From positions 240,001 through 272,000 of the forward strand of contig NZ_CP097765.1 of NCBI RefSeq assembly GCF_023585785.1: a DNA stretch of 32,000 bases. Reading direction: 5' to 3'. The DNA comes from Blochmannia endosymbiont of Camponotus modoc. Its GTDB lineage: Bacteria; Pseudomonadota; Gammaproteobacteria; Enterobacterales; Enterobacteriaceae. The notes below the pieces were generated by a model. The model saw only the letters and a program-made list of their open reading frames with translations. It was not told where the DNA came from and searched no databases. Positions 11,651 to 21,934 of this stretch are shown here, piece after piece. The translations under genes and the position numbers were made by a program. The first letter of the stretch is position 1, and the number at the start of each line of letters is the position of its first letter.

Positions 11651-13024
11651 TTACCATAATCTAGATATATCGTTGAAAATTGCTAAGCACATTATAAACG
11701 TAAGTATAATAGATCCAATGATATAACCAAAACTTTGTGTTTCTTTCGATATTGATTTCCCTTTTATTTTTTCTACTATAAAAAAAAATAAATGCCCTCC
11801 ATCTAGTGTTGGAAACGGTAGTAAATTAATAATACCTAAATTGATACTGATTAAAGATAAAAACATAAGATAGTAAATTATTCCAGATTGAGCTGATGCA
11901 CCTGCTCCTTGCGCTATTGCGATTGGGCCACTGAGATGGGTTATCCTAACATCTCCAGTAATCAATTTAAATAATGTGTTAGTTGTTAGGCATATTAATT
12001 TCCATGTTTTTTCGCAAGCTTCTAATATAGCTAGATACAATCCATATTGATGGATTGTATGATGTTTTGTTGGGATATAAGTAATTTTCGGAAAAACACC
12101 TATAACTCCTTCTGCTTTATCGGAAGGAATCAAATATTTTTTATCTGGTGTTAAACTAAAGTTTAATATTTTATTTTTCCGTTCTACTATAATTTTAAAA
12201 GTTTTTTCTGGATTATTTTTGATAATTGTAATAAATGACTCCCAATTATGTATTAATTGATCGTCAATTGAGATTATTTTATCTCCAATTTTTAAACCAG
12301 CTCGTTGTGCGGAAGAATCAGGTTGTATTCCTGACAAGATCGGTGATATATGTGTGTCAAAAGGAAGAATGCCCAATGTTATTATAGGATCTTTATTATT
12401 AGTAGATTTATTGAACCAGTTACGAGATAAATTAATGGTATAAGTTTGAATATGCGTACTATTTATTGGTGTTGCAGAAATAATAATTTTTTCCTTACCT
12501 ATGCTATTAAGAATTTCCAAACGTACTGCATCCCAATCACGAGTCAAAATATTGTTAATTGATTTAATTTCTACGCCAGATGGTACATGCGATTGAGCAA
12601 TAATGGAGTTAGGTATAACGGAATGGATTATTGGTTTATAAATAGGCACACCTATCATAAAAACTAACACGTATAACAAAATAGAAAAAAGAAAGTTAAA
12701 AATGGGTCCTGAAACCACAATAACACTTTTTTTCCAAATACGTTTACAATCAAATGATTGATTACATTCTTCATCGCAAGATGCTATTTTTTTTTGAGTA
12801 TTAAATAATTTAACGTATCCACCAAAAAGAACAGCGGAAATTACGTATTCGGTATCATTTGAATCTCTCCAACTCCATAAAACAGGGCCAAATCCTATAG
12901 AAAATCGCTCTACTTTTACTTTTAAAAAACGCGCTGCTACAAAATGTCCATATTCATGAACCGTGATGAGTATACTTAATGCAAAGATAAATGCGGATAA
13001 GTTCCAAAACAAATGTAATAACAT
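11651..13024 (-). CDS. rseP: sigma-E regulatory site-2 zinc metalloprotease RseP
   Basis: 457 aa. It has the HEYGHF (HExxH) motif at the N-terminus, NLLPFPTLDGGH (the LDG motif) and a C-terminal FNDISRL. Confidence 0.93.
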   Translation of the reverse strand: MLLHLFWNLSAFIFALSILITVHEYGHFVAARFLKVKVERFSIGFGPVLWSWRDSNDTEYVISAVLFGGYVKLFNTQKKIASCDEECNQSFDCKRIWKKSVIVVSGPIFNFLFSILLYVLVFMIGVPIYKPIIHSVIPNSIIAQSHVPSGVEIKSINNILTRDWDAVRLEILNSIGKEKIIISATPINSTHIQTYTINLSRNWFNKSTNNKDPIITLGILPFDTHISPILSGIQPDSSAQRAGLKIGDKIISIDDQLIHNWESFITIIKNNPEKTFKIIVERKNKILNFSLTPDKKYLIPSDKAEGVIGVFPKITYIPTKHHTIHQYGLYLAILEACEKTWKLICLTTNTLFKLITGDVRITHLSGPIAIAQGAGASAQSGIIYYLMFLSLISINLGIINLLPFPTLDGGHLFFFIVEKIKGKSISKETQSFGYIIGSIILTFIMCLAIFNDISRLW

Positions 13025-13060
13025 GATGTTAACGAATTCTCTATTTTTTTTATGATGATA

Positions 13061-13921
13061 TTAATATAGACTTAATAATATTAGGTAAACGAAAATAGGC
13101 ACTGCAGCAAATAAGCTGTCTATGCGATCTAACATTCCTCCATGTCCAGGAATTAAACTCCCGCTATCTTTAATACCAGCTTCTCTCTTAAACATACTTT
13201 CAGTTAAATCTCCTATTATAGAGGCTATAATTGCGATGATAGAATAAATAAATATAAGAAATGGATTTATCACCTTGATTGGCATATATATACTGAATAA
13301 CCATGAAATTCCTGTTGAAATTAGTATACCTCCAATAAATCCTTCCCAAGTTTTTTTAGGAGATACGCTTTCTAATAATTTACGCCGCCCTAATGTTTTA
13401 CCGATGATATATGCACTTGAATCATTAATCCAAATTAATATTACAATATACAGTAAACACCATGCTCCGATGGTGCTATCGTTGATATGATGAAATTGGT
13501 GCAACGTTAATATCCCCAAAAAAAATGGTAATATTATTAATATTCCGAAAAAAAAACATAGTACATTAGATTTTTTCCATAAAATAGCAGAATCAGGATA
13601 AGATAATATTAATGAAAACGCTAGTACCCACCATACTATACTAATGCTCCCTAAAATATACCAAAAAATATGCCAATTATTGAAATATAAATAGCTTTTT
13701 ATCGTTACAATTATCATTGTAATACACAATAATCCAAATATAGCGCATATCCACATTCGGTGTACATAATCAGAAAAATGATGCATTTTTCCCCATTCCC
13801 ATGCACTAATTAAACAAATGATAGATACAACAATCGAGAATGGTATAATAGGCAATAAAAATACCATCAAAATAGTGATGGGAATCAGGATCAACATGCT
13901 AATTAAACGGGTTTTTAACAC
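13061..13921 (-). CDS. cdsA: phosphatidate cytidylyltransferase (CDP-diglyceride synthase)
   Basis: It contains SPKKTWEGFIGG and GDLTESMFKREAGIKDSGSLIPGHGGMLDRIDS. The ORF track starts at the GTG at 13939. I prefer the GTG at 13921-13919, because AAGGAG (13933-13928) lies 6 nt upstream of it. The product is then 286 aa, beginning (M)LKTRLIS, like E. coli MLKYRLIS (285 aa). Confidence 0.9.
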   Translation of the reverse strand: MLKTRLISMLILIPITILMVFLLPIIPFSIVVSIICLISAWEWGKMHHFSDYVHRMWICAIFGLLCITMIIVTIKSYLYFNNWHIFWYILGSISIVWWVLAFSLILSYPDSAILWKKSNVLCFFFGILIILPFFLGILTLHQFHHINDSTIGAWCLLYIVILIWINDSSAYIIGKTLGRRKLLESVSPKKTWEGFIGGILISTGISWLFSIYMPIKVINPFLIFIYSIIAIIASIIGDLTESMFKREAGIKDSGSLIPGHGGMLDRIDSLFAAVPIFVYLILLSLY

Positions 13922-13927
13922 ATTTTT

Positions 13928-13933
13928 CTCCTT
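13928..13933 (-). promoter_or_regulatory. Shine-Dalgarno AAGGAG for the downstream cdsA GTG start
   Basis: The minus strand reads AAGGAG-aaaaat-GTG (GTG at 13921-13919). This is the strongest SD match I saw in the window. Confidence 0.5.
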
Positions 13934-13953
13934 GATCACATGTGTATTGCAAA

Positions 13954-14706
13954 TTAAATAGATGCACTGTTTCCAAATCGGCGTTCTCTTTTCATAAAAG
14001 TATTTAATGCTCTTTTAAATATGACGTCATTAAAATCAGGCCATAATACATCTGTAAAAAATAATTCAGCATATGCTATTTGCCAAAGCAAAAAATTACT
14101 AATACGATGTTCACCTCCTGTTCGAATCACCAAATCTACTGGAGCTAATTCATTCATACAGATACATTTACATAGAGCATCTTCGTCAATTTGATTAGGG
14201 GTTAATATTCCTTGCTGTACTTGCATGGCAAGTTGTTTTACTCCTTGGATAATATCCCATCGTCCTCCATAATTTGCAGCAATATTAAGTGTAAGTCCAC
14301 TATTGTTGGAAGTTAATTTTTCAGAGCGGTGTATATTTTTTTGTAATTCACCAGAAAATCGATTAATATCTCCGATGATTCTTAGTTTAATATTATGCTT
14401 ATGTAGAACGTCTATTTCATTATTTAAAGCATGAGAAAACAATTGCATTAAAGAATCAATCTCTTTATCAGGACGTTTCCAGTTTTCACTGCTAAACGCG
14501 TATAAAGTTAATGCATCGAATCTATGATTAACAGCGAAATGAACAGCACCCCGGACCGCATTAAATCCAGCTTGATGCCCAACAATACGTAATTTTCCTC
14601 GTGTTCTTGCCCAACGCCCATTACCATCCATGATAATAGCAACATGGCGTGGTAGTAAATTAGATGAAAAAGTGTTAAGCTCTTGATTATGTTGAGATGA
14701 TATCAC
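13954..14706 (-). CDS. uppS: undecaprenyl diphosphate synthase
   Basis: 250 aa. It has HVAIIMDGNGRWA, YAFSSENWKRP and RTGGEHRISNFLLWQIAYAELFFTDVLWPDF motifs. The start is GTG (14706-14704). Confidence 0.94.
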   Translation of the reverse strand: MISSQHNQELNTFSSNLLPRHVAIIMDGNGRWARTRGKLRIVGHQAGFNAVRGAVHFAVNHRFDALTLYAFSSENWKRPDKEIDSLMQLFSHALNNEIDVLHKHNIKLRIIGDINRFSGELQKNIHRSEKLTSNNSGLTLNIAANYGGRWDIIQGVKQLAMQVQQGILTPNQIDEDALCKCICMNELAPVDLVIRTGGEHRISNFLLWQIAYAELFFTDVLWPDFNDVIFKRALNTFMKRERRFGNSASI

Positions 14707-14862
14707 ATTTATTTATTTTCCAAATTAAATACCTTTGTGTTAAGTAAAAATACTCATTTTATAATAATTAACACTATAATTACAAATTAATGAAATTACT
14801 TATCATTTTTATGATACATATGTAGTAATTGTGATAAATTTTATTAAAGACAATATTATTCA

Positions 14863-16056
14863 TTATATGACGCATATAGATATTGCTTTCTCACGAGCTT
14901 TTTGATCAATATATAAAATATCTTCTATATCATTAGGATCATTTAAATTTATTGCATCAAGTACACGACGAATGACATCAGGAATGTCAGTGAAAGAAAT
15001 CATTTTATGTAAAAATGCTTCTACGGCGATTTCATTTGCTGCGTTTAGGACAATAGTAGCCGATTGACTACAATTATCAGCATCTATTGCTAATTGGAAA
15101 CAAGGATAACTGCGATTATCTAATTGATCAAAATGTAATTTATTAAGATAATATATGTCTATATTGGATGAGATTTTTAGTCCTATTCTATTGGGATAAG
15201 CCATTGCGTATGTAATAGGAATTCTCATATCTGGAGGTGCTAGATGCGCCAATACATTTCCGTCGGAATAGTATACCATAGCATGGACAATAGACTGAGG
15301 ATGTAATAAAATTTCTATTTCACTCGGTTTAGCATTAAATAAATGACGTGCTTCAATATATTCTAATCCCTTATTCATCATAGTAGCAGAATCTACTGAT
15401 ATCTTACGCCCCATGGACCAATTAGGATGCACGCAAGCTTGCTCTGGTGTTATTTTGGTTAATTGTTCTTGTGGTGTTTTGAAAAAAATTCCTCCAGATG
15501 CAGTTAGCACAATACGAGATATACCGCATTCAGATAAAGATGTATTTCCTAAATTCTCCTGACATATCTCTGGTAGATTTTGAAAAATTGCGTTATGTTC
15601 ACTATCTATAGGCAGTATACAGGCACGGTATCGATTGGCTTCTTTCATAAACAATTTTCCGCAAGTAACTAAAGTTTCTTTATTTGCCAACAATATTTTT
15701 TTACCAGCACGCAACGCGGAAAAAGTGGGCTTTAATCCAGCAATTCCAACTATGGCAGACATCACCATATCCACATCATTAGTTGATGCTAATTCACAAG
15801 CATGTGTTACTCCAGATAATACTTCAATATTATATTTTCCAGCGATGATTAAATTTTTTTTCAATATTCGTGCTGCATCTTCAGATATCATACATGCATA
15901 TTTGGGGCACATCGTTATGCACTGTTCTGTCATGACAGCAACGTTATTCTTCGCGACTAATGCATGCACAAAGAACTTATCGGTATGTTGTTGTATTACA
16001 GATAGGGTAGCTTTTCCAATAGATCCAGTACTACCTAGAATTGTTAAAGATTGCAT
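14863..16056 (-). CDS. dxr: 1-deoxy-D-xylulose 5-phosphate reductoisomerase
   Basis: 397 aa. It has [28 protein letters not shown] and [27 protein letters not shown], closely matching E. coli Dxr. Confidence 0.97.
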   Translation of the reverse strand: MQSLTILGSTGSIGKATLSVIQQHTDKFFVHALVAKNNVAVMTEQCITMCPKYACMISEDAARILKKNLIIAGKYNIEVLSGVTHACELASTNDVDMVMSAIVGIAGLKPTFSALRAGKKILLANKETLVTCGKLFMKEANRYRACILPIDSEHNAIFQNLPEICQENLGNTSLSECGISRIVLTASGGIFFKTPQEQLTKITPEQACVHPNWSMGRKISVDSATMMNKGLEYIEARHLFNAKPSEIEILLHPQSIVHAMVYYSDGNVLAHLAPPDMRIPITYAMAYPNRIGLKISSNIDIYYLNKLHFDQLDNRSYPCFQLAIDADNCSQSATIVLNAANEIAVEAFLHKMISFTDIPDVIRRVLDAINLNDPNDIEDILYIDQKAREKAISICVI

Positions 16057-16151
16057 ATGTATAAATTAAATTATTTATTTAGTGTAGAGATAAAAATCTA
16101 TCATTTGTTGTTAGTACATATATAAATATATATCAAGGCACAATTTAATAT

Positions 16152-16718
16152 TTAAAATTTCATTAGTTCTGATTCTTTTTCTGTGAGAATAATATCAATT
16201 TCTTTAATCCAAATATTAGTTAACTTTTGAATTTCATTTTGAAAAAAATGCTCTTCGTCTTCATTAATTTCTTTGTTTTTAAGTAAAATTCTGGTTTTAT
16301 CATTAGCAATACGACGCACGTTTCTTACAGCTATTTTACTTTTTTCTGCTTCAGTCCGTACCATTTTTATTAAAGTATGACGACGTTCTTCAGTTAATGC
16401 AGGTAATGTTACTCGAATAATATTTCCATGAGAAATAGGAATTAATTCCAAATCAGACATAAAAATAGCTTTTTCAGTTGATTTGATCAACTGATGGTCA
16501 AATACTGTGATAGCTAAAGTGCGTGAATCTTCTACTATGGCATTTGCTACTTGAGATAACGGAGTGGATATTCCATAGTAGTCTACTCGGATGTTATTTA
16601 ATATATTTGGAGAAATACGTCCTATATGAATATTGTTGATAGTTATTTTAAAGTTTTTAATACATTTTTTCATATGTATTTCTGAATCTGTCTGAATATT
16701 ATTAATTTTATTAATCAC
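16152..16718 (-). CDS. frr: ribosome recycling factor
   Basis: 188 aa. It has LPALTEERR and RNVRR.ANDK motifs and ends ELMKF (E. coli ELMQF). The start is GTG (16718-16716), with AGAGG 8 nt upstream. Confidence 0.95.
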   Translation of the reverse strand: MINKINNIQTDSEIHMKKCIKNFKITINNIHIGRISPNILNNIRVDYYGISTPLSQVANAIVEDSRTLAITVFDHQLIKSTEKAIFMSDLELIPISHGNIIRVTLPALTEERRHTLIKMVRTEAEKSKIAVRNVRRIANDKTRILLKNKEINEDEEHFFQNEIQKLTNIWIKEIDIILTEKESELMKF

Positions 16719-16803
16719 ATCATATACCTCTGATTTATATTTTTGAATTAAAAACCAATTTATATAAATTTAAGTATTTATTTGAATGTTGCAAATCTTT
16801 AAA

Positions 16804-17529
16804 TTATTTAGTTATTAAAGTCCCTTCTTTATATCCCATTATAATTCTTTTTAATGCCCCAAGTTTGTTTATATTAAATATGCGTATTGGTAAATTGTGT
16901 TCTCGTGCTAATGTAAATGCTGTCAAATCCATAACTTTTAATTCACGCTTTAGTACGTCCTGATAACTCAATTGTTCATATAGTATAGCATCAGGATGTT
17001 GAATTGGATCAGTAGAAAATACACCATCTACTTTAGTTGCTTTAAGTACTACATCTGCTTTAATTTCAATACCACGCAAACAGGCAGCAGAATCAGTAGT
17101 AAATAAAGGATTCCCGGTTCCAGCTGCAAAAATTACCACCCAATTATTAGACAGTAAGTTAATAGCTTTCATCCAATTATAATGATCGCATACCCCATTT
17201 AATGGAATAGCTGACATTAAATGGGAATGAACATAAGCATGATTTAATGCGCTTCTCATGGCTAACCCATTCATTATAGTAGCTAACATCCCTATATGGT
17301 CCCCTACTATACGATTCATACCGGATTTAACTAATTCAGCGCCACGGAACAAATTGCCACCTCCCATAACTATACCTATTTGAATACCTATTTTAACTAA
17401 TTCTTTAACTTCTGTAACCATTCGGTTTAATACAGTAGTATCGATTCCAAAACCTTCGGTGCCTTGTAGAGCTTCCCCGCTCATTTTAAGTACGATACGC
17501 CGGTAAATTGGTTTCGTGTGAGTTACCAT
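16804..17529 (-). CDS. pyrH: UMP kinase
   Basis: 241 aa. It has [24 protein letters not shown] and [13 protein letters not shown] motifs and ends KEGTLIT. Confidence 0.97.
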   Translation of the reverse strand: MVTHTKPIYRRIVLKMSGEALQGTEGFGIDTTVLNRMVTEVKELVKIGIQIGIVMGGGNLFRGAELVKSGMNRIVGDHIGMLATIMNGLAMRSALNHAYVHSHLMSAIPLNGVCDHYNWMKAINLLSNNWVVIFAAGTGNPLFTTDSAACLRGIEIKADVVLKATKVDGVFSTDPIQHPDAILYEQLSYQDVLKRELKVMDLTAFTLAREHNLPIRIFNINKLGALKRIIMGYKEGTLITK

Positions 17530-17735
17530 TAATTATATTCCTCACAAAAAATGGCATAAACAGAAGCAAACACTAACTTATTTAAAGTATAATATGCATG
17601 TCAATAATTATTCCGATTTAACCAAATTTTAATTAGTAGTTTCTTATTGTTAAAAGGATTGAATATATTACTTTAAAAACCAATGATGATCTGTGTTAAT
17701 TAATTAAAATTTTAGCAATAATATAAAATATTAAT

Positions 17736-18554
17736 TTACATATCTTCACCTAATTCAAAACGAGCAAAATTATTAATTTTTACATGATACTCAATCAATA
17801 GTTCTTCCACTGTTTTGTTAGTATCCATTATGAAGTTTTGTTTTGTTAATACAATGTCATTGAGAAATTTATTCATACGTCCTTCGGTTATTTTTTCTGA
17901 AATTTTGTATGATTTTCCAGATCTCATAGCAATATCCATTTGAATATGATTTTCACGAATCATTACATTTGTAGGAACATCATCTACGTTAATATATTTA
18001 GGGCTTCTAGCTGCGATGTGCATGGAAATATGTTTCATTAAATCTGAAGTTACATTTCCGCTAGCAGCAACTATTACCCCTATTTTGAATCCATGTACAT
18101 AACACCCCAAAAAATCACCTGTCAACACAACAAACCTACTAATGTTTATATTTTCTCCAACTTTTGCAATTAAATTAGTCCGTTGTTCTTCAAATCTAGT
18201 TTGTAGTATATTAATATCATGAATTTTTTCATTTAACGCTGTAATAATAACAGTTTTAGCGAACTCTTGAAAAGTACTATCTTTAGCTACGAAATCAGTT
18301 TCACAATTTATTTCTATCATAATACCATATTGCTTACTGGATGTTATTTCTACTGCAATAAGACCTGATGATGTGGTGTGTCCAGATTTTTTGCAAGCAG
18401 TTTTTAAACCGGATTTTCTCATGTTATCTATAGCTAATTCAAGATCTCCATTGGCTTTAATTAAAGCTTGTTTACATTCTACAACACCAATGCTAGTACG
18501 TTTACGTAATTCTTTAATTAAACCGCTATTAATATTAATCATTTTTTCTTTCAT
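17736..18554 (-). CDS. tsf: translation elongation factor Ts
   Basis: 272 aa from the ATG at 18554. It has LIKELRKRT and CETDFVAKD motifs. An alternative ATG at 18542 (M5) gives MININSGLIKELR, which aligns position-for-position with E. coli MAEITASLVKELR. It lacks the C-terminal tail of the 283-aa E. coli protein. Confidence 0.95.
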   Translation of the reverse strand: MKEKMININSGLIKELRKRTSIGVVECKQALIKANGDLELAIDNMRKSGLKTACKKSGHTTSSGLIAVEITSSKQYGIMIEINCETDFVAKDSTFQEFAKTVIITALNEKIHDINILQTRFEEQRTNLIAKVGENINISRFVVLTGDFLGCYVHGFKIGVIVAASGNVTSDLMKHISMHIAARSPKYINVDDVPTNVMIRENHIQMDIAMRSGKSYKISEKITEGRMNKFLNDIVLTKQNFIMDTNKTVEELLIEYHVKINNFARFELGEDM

Positions 18555-18639
18555 AGTAATATCATCGTATTAGGAATATATATAGAAAATATTTTTATAC
18601 ATTTAATTGTTAACAAATGTATGTGTAACATTAATTATA

Positions 18640-19326
18640 TTAAGTATTGAACGCATTTATATGTATCATATTAGATATTATATTTAAATATAGGTTAATC
18701 GCGCGTACAGCATCGTCGTTCCCTGGAATAACGAAATCTATTCCATCTGGGTTAGAGTTGGTATCAACTATTGCAAAAACTGGAATTCCTAAGCTATTTG
18801 CTTCTTTTATAGCAATATGTTCATGTGTTGCACCAACAGCAAAAATTGCGTCTGGAAGCCCCCCCATATTTTTAATACCTCCTAAACTATTTTCTAGATT
18901 AATAAGTTCTCGGTTCAAGATCAATGCTTCTTTTTTAGTTAATTTCTTAAAAGTACCGTCCTGAGATTGAATTTCTAAATCTTTTAAACGTTTTATAGAT
19001 TGGCGTACTGTTTTCCAATTGGTTAGCATTCCACCTAACCAACGATGATTAACAAAAAATTGATTACAAGCCAGTGCTGTTTTTTTTACTGATTCACTAG
19101 CTGCGCGTTTGGTACCTACAAATAAAATTTTACCCTTGAGTGCAGCGATTTTATTCAGTTCAATTAAAGCTTGTCTAAACATTACACTAGTTGTTTCCAA
19201 GTCAATAATATGTATTTTATTGCGAACCCCGAAAATAAAAGGTTTCATTTTAGGATTCCAATAACGGGTTTGATGGCCAAAATGAACACCGGCTTGAAGC
19301 ATGTCGCGTATAGAAATGTTTTCCAT
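18640..19326 (-). CDS. rpsB: 30S ribosomal protein S2
   Basis: 228 aa. It has [19 protein letters not shown] and [11 protein letters not shown] motifs. AGAGG (19335-19331) lies 4 nt upstream of the ATG. The gene is divergent from map as in E. coli. Confidence 0.97.
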   Translation of the reverse strand: MENISIRDMLQAGVHFGHQTRYWNPKMKPFIFGVRNKIHIIDLETTSVMFRQALIELNKIAALKGKILFVGTKRAASESVKKTALACNQFFVNHRWLGGMLTNWKTVRQSIKRLKDLEIQSQDGTFKKLTKKEALILNRELINLENSLGGIKNMGGLPDAIFAVGATHEHIAIKEANSLGIPVFAIVDTNSNPDGIDFVIPGNDDAVRAINLYLNIISNMIHINAFNT

Positions 19327-19649
19327 TATATACCTCTATTGGTTGTTGAGTAGATTATTTATAATGTTGGCAGCTATCAGCATTTAAATATAGATAGATT
19401 ATATAATACATGTTATAATAATTTTTAATAAGTTAAATACGAAGAATAGTGTTTACAATGGTCTAAAACAAGAAATAATTAACATTTATTTTCAAATAAA
19501 AAATGCTTATTTAATAGCAATGAATGCGAGTTATAAAATATACCTTGATGTAATTTATCTTAATTAATGCAATGATTTATATGTAGATCATATGATGTAA
19601 AGGCAAAAAATATTATGTATTTGTTAATAAGATTAATAATATATATATT
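19327..19649. promoter_or_regulatory. divergent rpsB / map intergenic region (promoters plus the rpsB 5' leader)
   Basis: A 323-bp AT-rich spacer separates divergently transcribed rpsB and map. In gammaproteobacteria the rpsB leader carries an S2-autoregulatory structure. I could not recognise its conserved elements by eye, so this is a region-level call only. Confidence 0.4.
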
Positions 19650-20432
19650 ATGAAAATTATTATTAAAACACTTACAGATATAGCAAAAATGCGTATCTCT
19701 GGGAAATTAGCTGCAGAAGTGTTAGAAATGATTGAAGCTTACGTGCAACCTGGTATTAGTACTGGAGAATTAGATACTATTTGCCATAATTATATTACAC
19801 AAATACAACATGCTGTTTCTGCTCCTCTTGGTTATCACGGATTTCCTAAGTCTATTTGCACCTCAATTAATGAGGTAGTGTGTCATGGTATTCCAAATGA
19901 TTCGCATAAATTAAAAGAAGGTGATATTGTAAATATTGATATTACAGTAATTAAAGACGGGTTATATGCTGACACTTCTAGAATGTTTATTGTTGGTCAA
20001 CCGACAAAGTTGGGGTATCAATTGTGTAAGATCACTCAAGAAAGTCTTTATTTAGCAATTCGTATGATTAGACCAGGCATACGTTTAAAAAAAATAGGTC
20101 AATCTATCCAAAGATTTGTTGAAAATCAGAATTTTTCAATAGTAAGAGAATATTGTGGGCATGGAATTGGAAAATTTTTTCATGAAGCTCCCCATGTATT
20201 GCATTACGATGCTGATGATGAAGGTGTGATATTAAAATCAGGAATGACATTAACAATAGAACCTATGGTAAATGCAGGTACTCGCCATATTTATACTGAA
20301 AATGACGGATGGACAGTAAAAACAAAAGATCATAATTTGTCAGCACAGTATGAACACACTATTGTTGTTACGGAAAATGGGTGTGATGTATTAACGTTAC
20401 GTTCCGATGAGTCTTTATCATCAATTATTTAA
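19650..20432 (+). CDS. map: methionine aminopeptidase type I
   Basis: 260 aa. All five metal-ligand contexts are present: NID, ADTS, CGHGIG, TIEPM and QYEHT. The N-terminus resembles E. coli Map. Confidence 0.97.
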   Translation: MKIIIKTLTDIAKMRISGKLAAEVLEMIEAYVQPGISTGELDTICHNYITQIQHAVSAPLGYHGFPKSICTSINEVVCHGIPNDSHKLKEGDIVNIDITVIKDGLYADTSRMFIVGQPTKLGYQLCKITQESLYLAIRMIRPGIRLKKIGQSIQRFVENQNFSIVREYCGHGIGKFFHEAPHVLHYDADDEGVILKSGMTLTIEPMVNAGTRHIYTENDGWTVKTKDHNLSAQYEHTIVVTENGCDVLTLRSDESLSSII

Positions 20433-20887
20433 ATCATCATAATTAATAAAAAAAGCATATATTTTATTGTAAAAAGTATTTTTAGAGATATTTGCATTAT
20501 ATTAATAAATGACTTTGAATAAGTGCAAAAATCATAATTATGTGGTAATGTATATGTTATTTTTATGAAAATAAAAAACATTCTTTTTATTGAACAAGCA
20601 GTATTATTTAATGTATACGTTATTCAATGGAGTATAATTGTAGTGGTAATATGTTAAATGCTAGTCATTCTTTATTAGAGTAGATTTGTTAAATATGAAC
20701 AAATTTTATTTAAGGATACCAATATAATATCTTTAAACAGATGTCGCTGTATAACTCAAAAACATAGTAATATATTATAACGTGTCGATGTAAATTTCTA
20801 ACATTTACTTTAACAAAGATATTATTTTCATAGTCAATGAGAAATAATTGCTCTCAAATGAATTCGATATTATGGAATATGAAACAT

Positions 20888-21709
20888 ATGAATCAATTAC
20901 GAAAAATAATAGAAAGTGCCTTTGAAAAAAAAGAATACATTTCAAACAATAACATTAATTCTACCGTCAATAATGCTGTTCGAGAAATCATGGATAGACT
21001 AGATAATGGAACGTTACGTATATCAGAGAAAATCAATGGCACATGGATTACGCATCAATGGCTAAAAAAAGCAATTATGCTTGCATTTCATACTATGGAC
21101 AATCAATTAATAACTTGGGGGGATGGTGTTTTTTTTGATAAATTTCCTATGAAATTTTCCGGATGGGATCGCACACGTTTTGAAAATAAAAAATTGCGTA
21201 TAATTCCACCAGCTACTGTGCGCTACGGGGCTTATATTGCTGATAACACAGTAATCATGCCTTCCTACATCAATCTTGGTGCTTATATTGATGTAGGAAC
21301 AATGATTGATACTTGGGCTACAGTTGGATCTTGTGCTCAGATTGGAAAGTATGTGCATTTATCTGGAGGCGTAGGAATTGGAGGAGTTTTAGAGCCCATT
21401 CAAACTAATCCAACCATCATTGAAGATAATTGTTTCATTGGGTCTCGTTCTGAAATTGTAGAAGGGGTAATTGTTGAAAAAGGTGCAGTGATCTCTATGG
21501 GAGTATTTATAGGTCAAAGCACTAAAATATATGATCGTGCTAGTGGAAATATATACTATGGACGCGTTCCAGCTGGTTCAGTTGTAATTCCAGGCAGTCT
21601 GCCCTCCAAAGATGGTCGTGTTAATACTTATTGCGCTGTAATCGTAAAAACAGTCGATTCTAAAACTAAAAATAAAGTTAAGATAAATGAGTTATTACGC
21701 GACATATAA
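20888..21709 (+). CDS. dapD: tetrahydrodipicolinate N-succinyltransferase
   Basis: It contains [50 protein letters not shown] and [10 protein letters not shown]. The ORF track ATG at 20837 adds 17 residues with no counterpart in E. coli. The ATG at 20888 gives [15 protein letters not shown] (E. coli MQQLQNIIETAFERR) and 273 aa against 274. Confidence 0.94.
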   Translation: MNQLRKIIESAFEKKEYISNNNINSTVNNAVREIMDRLDNGTLRISEKINGTWITHQWLKKAIMLAFHTMDNQLITWGDGVFFDKFPMKFSGWDRTRFENKKLRIIPPATVRYGAYIADNTVIMPSYINLGAYIDVGTMIDTWATVGSCAQIGKYVHLSGGVGIGGVLEPIQTNPTIIEDNCFIGSRSEIVEGVIVEKGAVISMGVFIGQSTKIYDRASGNIYYGRVPAGSVVIPGSLPSKDGRVNTYCAVIVKTVDSKTKNKVKINELLRDI

Positions 21710-21843
21710 AATATATTTTTCTTACTTAAGGTACCTTATTCCATAGTATTTTGATTCTATTGTTTAAATGTTAGAATAAATGTTGTTTATATTTATTGGT
21801 GTAAAGTAATTCATTTTTATTTGCTTGATTTATCTATTTAAAT

Positions 21844-21871
21844 TTGACTAATAATAGTTAATATTTATAAA
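21844..21871 (+). promoter_or_regulatory. candidate sigma70 promoter for recB (TTGACT-N16-TATAAA)
   Basis: TTGACT lies at 21844-21849 and TATAAA at 21866-21871, about 64 nt upstream of the recB ATG. Sequences resembling a -10 box are common by chance at this AT content, so support is weak. Confidence 0.3.
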
Positions 21872-21934
21872 TAATATAGTTTTAATAAAATTAAAGATAA
21901 CTGTCATTATTTTAAATAAATATAAACAATAATC

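Noticed and set aside
20565-20657. A 30-codon ORF (MKIKNILFIEQAVLFNVYVIQWSIIVVVIC) lies in the map-dapD spacer, and a 14-codon ORF (MLRFYLIIGTLFFL, 25502-25546) lies just after recB.
   Set aside because: Hydrophobic mini-ORFs rich in F/I/L/Y/K/N are what AT-rich noncoding DNA yields by chance. Neither has an SD or any recognisable similarity, including to GlnD. They are not supportable as genes without conservation or expression data.
21206-21213. A canonical E. coli Chi octamer (CCACCAGC on the + strand, which is GCTGGTGG on the - strand) lies inside dapD.
   Set aside because: It is the only occurrence I spotted by eye, and it encodes the conserved IPPAT segment of DapD, so the protein sequence explains it. 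One hit in 32 kb cannot establish over-representation or orientation bias. That needs a genome-wide count.
147-21358. Thirteen ORFs of 60-144 aa from the ORF track lie antisense to the large genes: 147-356, 3796-4002, 4729-5067, 5922-6215, 8865-9122, 9212-9451, 11389-11625, 13275-13490, 15635-16069, 18373-18573, 18647-18964, 19171-19353 and 21107-21358.
   Set aside because: Each one is embedded wholly or almost wholly in a well-supported housekeeping gene on the other strand. Their products are low-complexity or hydrophobic with no recognisable motif. For the longest (144 aa, antisense to dxr), the frame offset means stops arise only at specific Tyr/His/Gln codon contexts of dxr, so a long open antisense frame can occur by chance. 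There is no independent support such as an SD, conservation or a domain.
21727-21738. A perfect 12-bp palindrome, TAAGGTACCTTA, lies 18 nt downstream of the dapD stop.
   Set aside because: As RNA it could form only a 4-bp stem with a 4-nt loop, and no U-run follows it, so it is not a credible intrinsic terminator. A single short palindrome in AT-rich DNA is not significant without conservation data.
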